A stretch of 64,000 nt of DNA from positions 162,254 to 226,253 of the forward strand of contig CAVWHO010000017.1 in assembly GCA_963754875.1 (NCBI GenBank). Direction: 5' to 3'. Shown one piece after another: positions 28,594 to 39,103 of the stretch (positions within the stretch are counted from its first letter, which is position 1; every line of letters begins with the position of its first letter). Origin of the DNA: Nitrospirota bacterium (GTDB lineage: Bacteria > Nitrospirota > UBA9217). The translations under genes were made by a program, and so were the position numbers. The notes beneath the pieces were generated by a model, which ran no database searches, was not told the DNA's origin, and worked only from the letters and a program-made list of their open reading frames with translations.

Positions 28594-29418
28594 ATGCAGG
28601 AGGAACAGAAGCACATACCCGGATCGGTCTGAGCGCCGTCGAGCGGCACCGGGGGGTGTTGCCAGGCGGGTCAGCAGCCGGGGCTGCAACCGGAAGAGAT
28701 CAGGAGCGCGGTGCGGACCAAATATTCCGAGGTGGCCCAGTCGGCCTCCGGGAAATTCTCCTACCCCACGGGCCGGGAGGGCGCATGTGCGCTCGGCTAT
28801 GATCCCGCACTCATCGACGCCGCCCTTCCCAGCCTGCTCGAATCCTTCTGCGGTGTGGGCAATCCCTTTTCCCTGTTCCCGATCCAGCCCGGATCGGTCA
28901 TCCTCGATGTCGGATGCGGCGCGGGTTTCGATCTCTCCGTCGCGGCGCGGCTGACCGGTCCCGAAGGCATGGTGCACGGGGTCGATCTGACCGAGGCCAT
29001 GGCGGCACGGGCGCGTGAGAACCTTCACAAGGCAGGCATTGCGAATGTCCGCGTGCAGCAGGTGGGGTCGGAGAGCCTGCCGTTTAAAGACAACACCTTT
29101 GATGCGGTCATTTCGAACGGCGTGATCAATCTCTCGCCTGACAAAGAGACCCTGTTCTGCGAGATCAACCGGGTGCTGAAACCGGGGGGCTGGTTCGGCT
29201 TCGCCGATGTGGTGCTGGAGAAGGAACTGCCCCAGGGCATGGCAGGCAGTGCCGAAGCGTGGTCGCAATGAATCGGCGGCGCGGTCCCGGTCGGGGACCA
29301 TCTCCTGGCGCTCCGGCGGGCGGGCTTTGCAGACATCCTGTTCACCGGCATGACGGGTTTCCGAACTTCTCCCTACACCGAAGGCGCGCTCTTCAGAGCC
29401 AGGAAGAAAGCGGCGTGA
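28594..29418 (+). CDS. ArsM-like SAM methyltransferase with two UGA (Sec) codons, 274 aa
   Basis: GAGAGG RBS; in-frame TGA at 28630 and 29269; CGVGNP, LDVGCGAGFD, ISNGVINLSPDK; WSQ-U-IGGA where ArsM has W..C..GA. Confidence 0.85.
28644..28661 (+). promoter_or_regulatory. SECIS-like hairpin 1
   Basis: CGGCACC-GGGG-GGTGTTG starts after an 11-nt spacer following UGA 28630. Confidence 0.6.
29283..29299 (+). promoter_or_regulatory. SECIS-like hairpin 2
   Basis: GGTCCC-GGTCG-GGGACC starts after an 11-nt spacer following UGA 29269. Confidence 0.7.
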
Positions 29419-29687
29419 TACAGGAGCGACGGGCGGAGCAACTGACTCTCTTCTTTGATCTTTCCCGCATTTGAATCTATCAATGGTCGAGAAGTGCCTC
29501 CGGTCCTCCTCTCGTCTTCCTGAACCCCATTCGGACAAGCCGGAACCAACGGCAGAAAACAAAAGCATCTCACGCAAAGCCGGACCCTGCCCCGGCATTT
29601 CTTTGCGTGCTTGGCGTCTTTGGGCGAAAATTTTTTTCAGTTTTGGGTAGAATTTTACTTATACGTCCCTGATTCCCGGAGCGATAG

Positions 29688-31007
29688 ATGCGCGACGCGA
29701 TAGCCCTGACCGCGAACATGGACAAACGCCGGAGACATCCCCCCGGATTATACGTCCTCTTTTTTACGGAAATGTGGGAGAGGTTTTCCTACTACGGGAT
29801 GCGATCGTTGCTGGTCTACTATATGATCAAGCACCTGCAGTTCACGCAGGAACGGTCGTCCCAAATTTACGGGCTCTATACCGGGTTCGTCTACTTCACG
29901 CCGCTCTTCGGCGGCATGCTTGCGGACCGGATCCTGGGTCAGCGCCGGACGGTCATCGTGGGCGGAGTGCTCATGGCCATCGGACATTTCCTGATGGCCT
30001 TTGAGAGCGCGTTCATCCCGGCGCTCCTGTTCCTGATCCTCGGAAACGGCGCCTTCAAACCGAATATCTCAACGCAGGTTGGGGCGCTTTACCCTGCGGG
30101 CGACCATCGCCGCGACCGAGCGTTCAGCCTTTTCTACATGGGCATCAATCTCGGTGCGTTCTTTTCACCGCTCGTGTGCGGGACCCTCGGCGAAAAAATC
30201 GGGTTCTCCTGGGGTTTTGCGGCAGCCGGCGTCGGCATGATCATCGGGCTTCTCGTTTATCTTTGGGGCCAGAAACACCTTGCCCCGGATCTGATCATGC
30301 AGAAGAAGGGACCCGAACAGCAGAAGTCTTCAGAACCTATGACGCGCGAGGACTGGCTGAAGATCGGCGCGATTTTCGTCATGATGGCCCTCTCCGTCGT
30401 TTTCTGGAGCGTTTACGAGCAGCAGGGCAACACGATGGCGCTCTGGGCAGACGCCAATACGGACCGGATGATCTTCGGCTGGGAGATGCCGGCCTCGTGG
30501 TTCCAATCCTTTAATCCGCTCATGATTTTCATTCTCGTGCCGGTGCTGAATATGTTCTGGGCCCGGCAGGACCACCGCAGAAAGGAACCGTCGAGCATCG
30601 CCAAGATGGGAATCGGCTGCATGCTGTTGGCCTCCGCCTTCCTGATCCTGATCCCGCCGGCACGGGAGCTGGCTGTCAATCCGAAGGCCAGCCTCTGGTG
30701 GCTGACCGCATGCACGTTCGTGCTCACGCTCGGCGAAGTCTATCTATCCCCGATTGGCCTCTCGCTGGTGACCAAAATCGCTCCCGCCCGGATCGTCTCC
30801 ATGATGATGGGCGTATGGTTCCTCTCGAGCTTTTTCGGCAACTATTTGTCGGGATATCTTGGAACGTTCTGGGAGAAAATGCCAAGGGAGAATTACTTCC
30901 TGCTCATGTTCGCCCTGTCCTTCTTCGCGGGCCTGGCATTCTTTGCCCTCCTTAAGCCGCTCAAAAAAGCAATCGGACAGGACAAACAGGCAAGAGCGGA
31001 CCTGTGA
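29688..31007 (+). CDS. POT/PTR family peptide:H+ symporter
   Basis: EMWERFSYYGMR, FYMGINLG; start may be 29718. Confidence 0.9.
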   Translation: MRDAIALTANMDKRRRHPPGLYVLFFTEMWERFSYYGMRSLLVYYMIKHLQFTQERSSQIYGLYTGFVYFTPLFGGMLADRILGQRRTVIVGGVLMAIGHFLMAFESAFIPALLFLILGNGAFKPNISTQVGALYPAGDHRRDRAFSLFYMGINLGAFFSPLVCGTLGEKIGFSWGFAAAGVGMIIGLLVYLWGQKHLAPDLIMQKKGPEQQKSSEPMTREDWLKIGAIFVMMALSVVFWSVYEQQGNTMALWADANTDRMIFGWEMPASWFQSFNPLMIFILVPVLNMFWARQDHRRKEPSSIAKMGIGCMLLASAFLILIPPARELAVNPKASLWWLTACTFVLTLGEVYLSPIGLSLVTKIAPARIVSMMMGVWFLSSFFGNYLSGYLGTFWEKMPRENYFLLMFALSFFAGLAFFALLKPLKKAIGQDKQARADL

Positions 31008-31113
31008 TTCGAAGACCTTTTTTTAAATAGAAGGAATGAGAAGCTTGGATGGGGAAGGGAAGAGAAGAGAAGACGCAGACCGGCTGCACGTCACCCCGTC
31101 TTCGAAAAAAGAA

Positions 31114-31144
31114 ACCGGCAGAACGGATGAACCGTCCTGCCGGT
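31114..31144. terminator. Hairpin between convergent genes
   Basis: ACCGGCAG.ACGG...CCGT.CTGCCGGT. Confidence 0.5.
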
Positions 31145-31160
31145 ATGAGTAAATGTCGAA

Positions 31161-32849
31161 CTAGGCGTTCACTTCGTTTGTCTCAACGCATTCCGCCTTG
31201 GTCGTGGACCAGCAGTGCCCGAGAATTTCCTTGAGGTCGGCCTCCGGCGTTGACGCGATCGGCTTGATGCTGAAATTCTTTACGAGCACATCGAGCACGT
31301 TCGGCGTGATGAACGCCGGGAGCGACGGCCCGAGCCGGATGTCCTTGATCCCGAGATGGAGCAGCGTGAGCAGGATGGCAACGGCCTTCTGCTCGTACCA
31401 GGAAAGGATGAGCGAGAGAGGCAGATCGTTCACGCCCACATTGAACGCCTTGGACAAGGCAAGGGCGATCTGTACCGCCGAATAAGCGTCGTTGCACTGG
31501 CCGATGTCCAAAAGCCTCGGGATGCCTCCGATATCTCCCAGTTCCTTATCGAAGAACCGGAACTTACCGCAGGCAAGGGTCAACACCACCGTGTCCCTGG
31601 GGGTCTTTTCCACGAATTCGGTATAGTAGTTTCTGCCGGGCTTCGCGCCGTCGCAGCCGCCTACAAGAAAGAAGTGGCGGATCTTGCCGGCCTTGACCGC
31701 ATCAATCACCTTATCGGCCACGCCGAGCACCGCATTCCGCGCAAACCCTGCGAAGACTTCCTTTCCCGGCACATCTTCCGTGAATCCCGGAAGGGCAAGC
31801 GCCCTGTCGATTGCCGGCGCAAAGTCGCTGTCAGTTATGTGTTTCACATCTGGCCAGCCCACAAGCCCGCAGGTGAATATATTCGCTTTGTACGATTCGT
31901 GCGGTTTCTGGATGCAGTTCGTGGTCATTACGATTGCACCCGGAAAGTGCGCAAATTCCTTGTGTTGGTTCTGCCAGGCGGTGCCGTAATGCCCGTAGAA
32001 GTGCGAGTACTTCTTCAGGGTCGGATACCCGTGGGCAGGCAGCATTTCCCCATGCGTGTAAATGTTGATTCCCTTGCCCTCGGTCTGCTTCAGGATCGTT
32101 TCGAGGTCCTTCAGATCATGTCCGGACACCAGAAGGGCTTTGCCCTTTTTCACACCCAGCGGGACCTTGGTCGGGATAGGGTGGCCGTACGTGCCGGTGT
32201 TGCCCGCGTCAAGAAGCTCCATGGCCTTGAGATTGACCTCGCCGCACTTCAGCACAAGACCGACCCAATCGTTCACCCCGAGGTTCGTCCCGGTCATGGC
32301 AGCCAGGGCCTCGCTCATGAACGCATAGATTGAATCATCGGTTTTGCCGAGGATCTGTGCGTGGTCTGCATACGCGGCAACGCCTTTCAGTCCGAAAAGC
32401 AGAATATCCTGGAGCGATTGAACGTCAGGGTTCACCACCACGTCGGGGACGTGCTCACGGACGACTCGTCCCTGCTTGACGAGGCCCTCGATCGTGGACT
32501 CCGGTTTAAACGATGCGCTTGCGTGGGCAAAATCCGTTTTGCCGTCCGACTGGCGTATTTTTGCGCCGAGCTGCTCGCGAAGTTCCACGCTTTTTTTGAT
32601 CAGCTTTTCGAACCGTTTGGGATCGAAGTCGACATTGGTGAGCGTTGAAAAAAGCGCTTTCGCCAAAAAGACGTTAACGTCCCCATCCACGACGCCGACC
32701 TTTCTCCCCTCTACGGCATAGAGCGACAGCCCCTTCAGGGTATAGATCAAAAGGTCCTGTAATGCCGAGACCTCCGGGTCCTTGCCGCATACGCCGATCC
32801 TGGTGCAGCCCTTTCCATTGGCTGCCTGCTCGCATTGATAACAAAACAT
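31161..32849 (-). CDS. hcp: Hybrid cluster protein (hydroxylamine reductase)
   Basis: MFCYQCEQ..C...G.CGK, SGHDL, HGEMLP, TTNC, GGCDG, GQCND, SWYEQKA. Confidence 0.95.
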   Translation of the reverse strand: MFCYQCEQAANGKGCTRIGVCGKDPEVSALQDLLIYTLKGLSLYAVEGRKVGVVDGDVNVFLAKALFSTLTNVDFDPKRFEKLIKKSVELREQLGAKIRQSDGKTDFAHASASFKPESTIEGLVKQGRVVREHVPDVVVNPDVQSLQDILLFGLKGVAAYADHAQILGKTDDSIYAFMSEALAAMTGTNLGVNDWVGLVLKCGEVNLKAMELLDAGNTGTYGHPIPTKVPLGVKKGKALLVSGHDLKDLETILKQTEGKGINIYTHGEMLPAHGYPTLKKYSHFYGHYGTAWQNQHKEFAHFPGAIVMTTNCIQKPHESYKANIFTCGLVGWPDVKHITDSDFAPAIDRALALPGFTEDVPGKEVFAGFARNAVLGVADKVIDAVKAGKIRHFFLVGGCDGAKPGRNYYTEFVEKTPRDTVVLTLACGKFRFFDKELGDIGGIPRLLDIGQCNDAYSAVQIALALSKAFNVGVNDLPLSLILSWYEQKAVAILLTLLHLGIKDIRLGPSLPAFITPNVLDVLVKNFSIKPIASTPEADLKEILGHCWSTTKAECVETNEVNA

Positions 32850-32932
32850 CGTGTGTCCTCCTTGTATGAAAGAAATGCCTGTCGTCGTCACCATTGACGA
32901 TGAACCGACTATACATGACTTATAGCAGGACA

Positions 32933-32953
32933 CCTATGACAGAGATCATAAGG
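32933..32953. promoter_or_regulatory. CRP/FNR-type (HcpR-like) operator
   Basis: TATGA-N6-TCATA palindrome upstream of hcp. Confidence 0.55.
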
Positions 32954-33298
32954 GTTACTTTTTTTAGAAATTATTTTTCGGAGAGGAGAGTGTCTATCCC
33001 GTAAAAATCAATACCTTAATCCGTGGCGGGCCGGTTTGACGATTTTATTTCTTGCACTGGAGGAGGAGGTCCCATGATCCCGAGAGGTGGGCGGCTCAAG
33101 CGATACCCTGAAAATACCCTTCTTTTGTTCTTTATCTTATCGCAAAATTCAATTATAATTCGCTTTAGTATACTTTGGCGCGGTTTATTCTTCCGGTTTT
33201 AGCATTTTCCCGAAAAGGGGTTGCATTGGGAGAAGCAGACGTATAAGGATATGCCCAGGGGACATTTTCGGGCTGATTTAATCCTACCGTGAATCTAC

Positions 33299-34015
33299 AT
33301 GCTTTGGAGGAGCCCCGGCGTGGAACAGGATAAAAGGCGGCATAAGAGATACAAACTGAAATTGGTGGAAGTAAACGGAAAGATGAGCCTGGCCGATAAA
33401 GTGGAAATCATCGATGTCAGCCTGGGCGGAGTGTCCCTGCGGGTAGATCGTCGACTCAACCCGGGCAGGGAATACCTGCTCAAGCTGGGAGACAAGACAA
33501 AAAGTTTCGATCTGAAGTGCGTCGTGGTACGGTCGGAATTAAGCGGGTTTGAGAAAAAAGTCAACGGCGAACAGACCATGATCTACACGGCAGGGATGAG
33601 ATTCACGGAGAGTTCGTTGGGCCAGATAGAGGGTTTTTTTAAATCGATTGAACTTGTCGAAAAAGGGAACGTGCATTCCGAATCCGATCGCAGGATTGAT
33701 ATACGGTTTCAGATCCACACTCCCGGCGAGAAGATATTGAATTACCCCGCCCAGTTCAAATTGAAGGAGATCAGCCTGAGCGGCATCCGGATCGAAACCG
33801 ATGTGAACCTTGCCTTGCAAAGCATCATCCCCATGGTGCTCGCTCTTCATGACAATAACTTTGTGCAGTTCAACGGACGGGTTGCCTCAACTCGCATGTT
33901 TGAAGAACAGGGTGAAACCCGCTACGATATCGGCGTGGAGTTATCGGACATTTCGGAAACGGGGGCCGCGCTGCTCAAATCTTTCATCGACTATCTGGCA
34001 ATGTCGGAAAAGTAA
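33299..34015 (+). CDS. Tandem PilZ domain protein
   Basis: RRHKR..DVSLGG and RIDIR..EISLSG. Confidence 0.85.
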   Translation: MLWRSPGVEQDKRRHKRYKLKLVEVNGKMSLADKVEIIDVSLGGVSLRVDRRLNPGREYLLKLGDKTKSFDLKCVVVRSELSGFEKKVNGEQTMIYTAGMRFTESSLGQIEGFFKSIELVEKGNVHSESDRRIDIRFQIHTPGEKILNYPAQFKLKEISLSGIRIETDVNLALQSIIPMVLALHDNNFVQFNGRVASTRMFEEQGETRYDIGVELSDISETGAALLKSFIDYLAMSEK

Positions 34016-34351
34016 GGCGGGACAAAAGAGAAGGACGGTGGCCCGTTGCACGTCCTCGGGCCTTCCAGTCCCGCATGACCCGCCTCCCTCCGCAGAGATT
34101 AGACCAATGCCTTCACGCCGTTAAAGAGGACCCGCTCTCGCTCTGCTCGTCTGAAATGGTGAGGTTACAACGGGCTCTTGGCACGAAGCGCTCAACGCAC
34201 AAAATTCGTTCCATGATTTATTACCTTTGGCAAAGCAATGCGTGAATATGGTAATATATATCCTCCTGAGGCCCAACGACAGTGCCTTTTTGGAAAATTC
34301 TAAAGAAAGACACAACGACCGGGAGGGCCGCCCTTTTATGGTGACGTTTCC

Positions 34352-35053
34352 GTGCTGCGATCATTGAGTACTGTGGGGTCTCAGGACCGTCATCACCATC
34401 CCGCGCTCCTCCTTGACACCATGCGATCGAACAATCCGAAAAATCGCCGTCTGAAGCGATTGCCGCAACACCGGCACAGCAGCGTGGAGGTCGACGTCGA
34501 GTCGCTCCGGTCGCTCGAGAACCGCTGCAACGGCTGCGTCAAGGGAGAACGGTGCTGCTGCTCGTCGTACGAGGTCTGCGTTACCACCGCGGAGTTGAAG
34601 AGGATCATCAAGGTCCTGCCCGAGGCCGCCAAGTTCTGCCCCCATCTCCTGGCCGCAGGAGGATACGACAACGTGTTCGAGGAAGAAGAGCCTGGGCTTT
34701 TTTCCATTGACACGACGGAGGACGGCCTCTGCCTCTTTGCCTACTGGTCCCAGCACCGGGTCCATTGCTCCCTGCACACCGTCGCAACGACACTCGGCCT
34801 GCCCCTGGCGCACGTGAAGCCGAAGGTCTGCCTGCTCTGGCCCCTGCACTTTTCAGAAGGCAACGAGGTCCTGGCCGTGATCAACGATGCATTTCTGTTC
34901 AACTGCAATGCCCGGAAAGCGCCGGGTTCGCGCAGTCTGAGCCCCGGCTTTGCCGAGGCGATTGAACTGGTGTACGGCAAAGGCTGCGGGACCCAGGTGA
35001 AGCAGGCGGCAGAGAACGGGGATCGGCGAACGCTGCTGGTCATCCGGCGGTGA
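34352..35053 (+). CDS. Cys-cluster protein (DUF3109/YkgJ-like); start uncertain
   Basis: CNGC..CCC, CLF, CSLH, KPKVCLLWP. Confidence 0.6.
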   Translation: MLRSLSTVGSQDRHHHPALLLDTMRSNNPKNRRLKRLPQHRHSSVEVDVESLRSLENRCNGCVKGERCCCSSYEVCVTTAELKRIIKVLPEAAKFCPHLLAAGGYDNVFEEEEPGLFSIDTTEDGLCLFAYWSQHRVHCSLHTVATTLGLPLAHVKPKVCLLWPLHFSEGNEVLAVINDAFLFNCNARKAPGSRSLSPGFAEAIELVYGKGCGTQVKQAAENGDRRTLLVIRR

Positions 35054-35164
35054 GCAGGCTTGCCACCGGGAAATAAGCCTCACGGGGCCGCGGAGAAGCA
35101 CTACGTGCTCTCTCCCGCGGAGTGAAGTCAACAACTTCATTCACGGTAAGGCGGTTCCTTGGCA

Positions 35165-35728
35165 ATGATTCAACGCTGCGCGTGGGCGACGGGGGATCCT
35201 CTCCTGATCGCATATCATGATCAGGAATGGGGCGTGCCCATTCACGAGGACGGAAAACTGTTCGAGTTCCTTATTCTGGAGGGCGTACAGGCCGGGCTCT
35301 CATGGTTGACCGTGCTCAGAAAGCGGGAAAATTATCGCGCAGCTTTCGACGGGTTTGATCCTGCCGTCGTTGCGGGCTACCAGAAAAAGGAAATCCAACG
35401 CCTGCTGATGAATGAAGGCATCATTCGCAACCGCTCAAAGATTGAAGCAGCGATCATCAATGCGAAGGAGTTTCTCGATGTCCAGCATGAGTTCGGGTCC
35501 TTCGATGCATACATCTGGAGGTTTGTCGGCAAGATACCCATAGACCACGGCTTTACGGCACGCACCACGATACCGGCCACAACCGAAGAATCAGGCGCCA
35601 TAAGCAGGGATTTGAAAAAACGCGGCTTCAAGTTCGTCGGTCCGACGATATGTTATGCCTTCATGCAGGCAATAGGAATGGTGAACGACCACACGACCGA
35701 CTGTTTCAGGCATAAGAAGGTGCGCTGA
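35165..35728 (+). CDS. tag: DNA-3-methyladenine glycosylase I
   Basis: RCAW..YHDQEWG, QAGLSW, GIIRNRSKI, FVGPTICYAFMQAIGMVNDH. Confidence 0.95.
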   Translation: MIQRCAWATGDPLLIAYHDQEWGVPIHEDGKLFEFLILEGVQAGLSWLTVLRKRENYRAAFDGFDPAVVAGYQKKEIQRLLMNEGIIRNRSKIEAAIINAKEFLDVQHEFGSFDAYIWRFVGKIPIDHGFTARTTIPATTEESGAISRDLKKRGFKFVGPTICYAFMQAIGMVNDHTTDCFRHKKVR

Positions 35729-35799
35729 AGAGGAACCTTCCGGAGAACGATACCCTCGCGAAGGACGATTTATAAAATAAGGCCGAAGACCGGTCGGAG

Positions 35800-35994
35800 C
35801 TAACTCAAAATGCAGGTTGCCTCAACTACCGCGTGGGCTTCTTCCTTGCTCATGCCGTTCGTCTGATAATAGATATAGTCATCAACCATATCGCACAGCT
35901 CTTTGCGGGGAACATCCGGCTTCAATTCGAGGACTTCCTCTTTAAATAACTTTGCGGCGTCGGCAGCCATTTCTTTCTTCTCTATCCTGTTCAT
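35800..35994 (-). CDS. Small hypothetical protein
   Basis: GGAGG RBS, 64 aa. Confidence 0.55.
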   Translation of the reverse strand: MNRIEKKEMAADAAKLFKEEVLELKPDVPRKELCDMVDDYIYYQTNGMSKEEAHAVVEATCILS

Positions 35995-36807
35995 AATGCC
36001 CTCCCTCGCGCCCGGAAACCGGCGACGAAATACCGTCGCTTGCGATCTCTGAAGGAAAGAAGTCTATTTTTGTCTTTATTATATCATACTTCCAGCTCTC
36101 TATTTGCCAGCCGACAGGTCTAGAAAACCGTGATTCCCGTGTTGCGACATGTTTACTCTGCACTGAAGGCTTTATGTGCGGAACGAGTTTCCGTCTGCTT
36201 CCAGAATATGAAGCAGGAACCAGTCCTTGAGAGGAGGAAAACGAAAAGGGATAGTGCGGCAGTGAAAAGAAGGCCCTATTCATGAAGCCCGTGTGTATTT
36301 TTATACAGCACCCCGGAGGTTAGATTGGCCCGCCCTTGGAGCAGGCCAAAGGCTGCGCGTCCGGATAAGAGAACTGGCGACTTAGGTATTAGACCATAAA
36401 AAAGCACTAATTCGATCGGGAAATAATAAGATATACTTAAATTATAAATTAGTTTGCGAGCGCCAAGGCGGTAAACATGGCAGAGACGCTGAAAAAAGGT
36501 AAATGATCGAAATGTGGCCTTGTGGTACAAAGCCATGATGAAAAGGAAATAGTCGAGATTGTTGCGCATCATATAAAAAAAGTGCATAATACGAGTATCT
36601 CTGAAAATGAAACATGCTGCATAACGCTCAAATGACGGCATATGTTGTCTTAAGGGGCTTGGCGATTTCAAGCCCTTTTTTATATTAATGATTCTCCCTG
36701 CATACCCTGTGAGCCAGTGTTCATCGGGGCTGTCATATTCCAGATGCGGGGGATGACGTGAAAGATTTCGGTTGAAAGAGAGGCCGAAACTGCCACTGAG
36801 GCGCGCG

Positions 36808-38922
36808 ATGAAGAACGTGAATATTAATGTGCTTGCTATCGAAGATAATCCGGACGATGCGGAACTGCTTCGGATGATGCTGGGAAAGGCACGTGAGCCT
36901 TCTTTTACCTTCATCCGGGCGCAACGGTTGTCCGAGGGGCTCCAACTGCTGCGCGAAAGCTCATTCGATATCGTGCTCCTCGATCTGGGACTTCCCGACA
37001 GCGCGGGGATGGACTCGGTCATGGAGATCAGGAAGCAATCCCCCACGATCCCGATCATCCTATTCACCGGGATCGACGACGACGAGATCGCCCTTAAAGC
37101 CCTGCACCTGGACGTGCAGGACTACCTCGCGAAGGGGCAGATCGACCGCAATCTCCTGGTGCGCTCCATACGGTATGCCATCGAGCGAAAACGGGCCGTC
37201 GAAGCGCTCCGGGACAGCGAGGCGCGTTTCCGCCGCCTGAGCGAGAGCGGTATTATCGGTATAGTGTACTTCGATGCCGATGGGCGGATCATCGATGGAA
37301 ACGACAAATTCCTCGCGATGATCGGTTCCAACCGCGAGGAGCTTGCGGCCGGTCGGGTGCGGCGCTGGGTCCGTCTGGTCCCGCCGGAATGGAAGAGGAG
37401 AATGAGGGAAGCTTATAGCGAGTTCAGGGCGACCGACCGCATCACGCCCTACGAAACGGAGTATCTCCGCCGGGATGGGTCGAAATTCTGGGGTCTCTTC
37501 GGCGCGGCGAAACTCGACGGGCAGGCGGACGGCATCGCCTTCATCGTGGACATCACCGAGCGCAAAAGGCTCGAAGAGGAGATCACCCATATGGCCCATC
37601 ACGATGTCCTGACGGGCCTGCCGAACAGGCGGCTGTTTATGGAACTGATCCGCTTCGAGATCGCAGAAGCCCGCCGCAATCGGAAAAAAACAGGCCTCTT
37701 GTTCCTCGATCTCGACCGCTTCAAAGAAGTCAACGACACGCTGGGACACGAAGCGGGCGATCAGCTCCTGAGGACGGTGGCGGAGCGCCTCAGGGCCGCA
37801 ATCAGGGATTCGGACGCCGTTGCAAGGATCGGCGGGGACGAGTTCAGCATCCTCCTTGCGGGCATCACGCGGCCGGAGGACATCACGGAGATTGCTCAGA
37901 AGATACTGGATGCCTTTCGGGAGAAGTGCGTCCATGCCGGCCACGAGTTCACCATCACGGCCAGCATGGGCATCAGCGTTTATCCCGATGACAGCGATTC
38001 CATTGAATCACTGTTTCGGTATGCGGACATTGCCCTGTATCACGCCAAGAACCGGGGCAGGAATACATTCGAATTCTACGACCCTGACATCAACCGGCGT
38101 TCAGTCGAGCGGCTGAAATTTGAAAACGCCCTTCGCCGGACCGTTCTGCGCCGGGAACTGACGGTTCACTATCAACCGCTGATCGACATCGGGACGGGGA
38201 GGATCGTCTCGGCCGAGGCGCTGGTGCGCTGGAATCACCCGAAACTGGGCCTGCTTGACGCTAAACGGTTCATACAGACCGCCGAGTCCATCGGGATCAT
38301 CACGACCATCGATGAGTGGGTCTTACGGACCGCCTGCACGCAGCTCAAGACGTTGCTGGACGCGGGGTATGCTCCCTTTTTCATAGCGGCAAACCTCTCC
38401 TCCCGGGTATTTCAGAACCCCGGCTTTGCAGACATGATAACGAGGATCCTCGATGAAACGGGAGTGCCGCCCCATCTCGTTGATATCGAGATTACGGAAA
38501 GCGTCGCGGTGGTGGATATCGAACGTACGATCGGCCGCCTGCATGAGCTGGCACAAAAGGGAATCCGCATCACCATTGATGACTTCGGCACGGGTTATGC
38601 GTCTTTGAGCTATCTGAAGAAGCTGCCGATTCAAAGGCTCAAAATAGATCAAACGTTCGTTAAGGACATTGCCGTTGATCCGGATGACCGGGCGATTGTC
38701 GGCGCCGTGACCTCCATGGCCCATCAAATGAAACTATCGGTCGTTGCCGAGGGCGTGGAAACCGCGGAGCAGCTTTCCTGTCTCACCGAAATCCGGTGCG
38801 ACGAGGCGCAGGGGTACTTTTTCAACAGACCGCTGCCGCCCGAAGAATTTATCAAATTGATGGCCGAACGAAAGCACCTGAGAGAAACGGCTGCACCGAA
38901 GTTCACGGCCACCTCTCCTTGA
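36808..38922 (+). CDS. REC-PAS-GGDEF-EAL c-di-GMP enzyme
   Basis: IEDNPDD/LLDLGLPD receiver, PAS, GGDEF, EAL and DDFGTG all intact. Confidence 0.95.
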   Translation: MKNVNINVLAIEDNPDDAELLRMMLGKAREPSFTFIRAQRLSEGLQLLRESSFDIVLLDLGLPDSAGMDSVMEIRKQSPTIPIILFTGIDDDEIALKALHLDVQDYLAKGQIDRNLLVRSIRYAIERKRAVEALRDSEARFRRLSESGIIGIVYFDADGRIIDGNDKFLAMIGSNREELAAGRVRRWVRLVPPEWKRRMREAYSEFRATDRITPYETEYLRRDGSKFWGLFGAAKLDGQADGIAFIVDITERKRLEEEITHMAHHDVLTGLPNRRLFMELIRFEIAEARRNRKKTGLLFLDLDRFKEVNDTLGHEAGDQLLRTVAERLRAAIRDSDAVARIGGDEFSILLAGITRPEDITEIAQKILDAFREKCVHAGHEFTITASMGISVYPDDSDSIESLFRYADIALYHAKNRGRNTFEFYDPDINRRSVERLKFENALRRTVLRRELTVHYQPLIDIGTGRIVSAEALVRWNHPKLGLLDAKRFIQTAESIGIITTIDEWVLRTACTQLKTLLDAGYAPFFIAANLSSRVFQNPGFADMITRILDETGVPPHLVDIEITESVAVVDIERTIGRLHELAQKGIRITIDDFGTGYASLSYLKKLPIQRLKIDQTFVKDIAVDPDDRAIVGAVTSMAHQMKLSVVAEGVETAEQLSCLTEIRCDEAQGYFFNRPLPPEEFIKLMAERKHLRETAAPKFTATSP

Positions 38923-39103
38923 CCGCGTCGTACCAGGGAGATCAAGCGTGCAGCCGGAGACTGAACGGAATGAGGGAAGGACCAACCGGAACGGCCGGCA
39001 GATCCGGCGGATTGCTTGGCAGAAATTATTCGAAATGAGCGGTGTCATTCTTCGGAACGTGCAACAAACCTCCCGCAGGTCCTTTTCGTATTCTCACGAT
39101 CCT

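Noticed and set aside
28558..29598. 346-aa minus-strand ORF
   Set aside because: Antisense shadow of the GC-rich methyltransferase; the same applies to many long antisense ORFs over hcp, GGDEF-EAL, SulP and atpD
36276..37067. 263-aa minus-strand ORF
   Set aside because: Overlaps the GGDEF gene antisense and has no recognisable motifs
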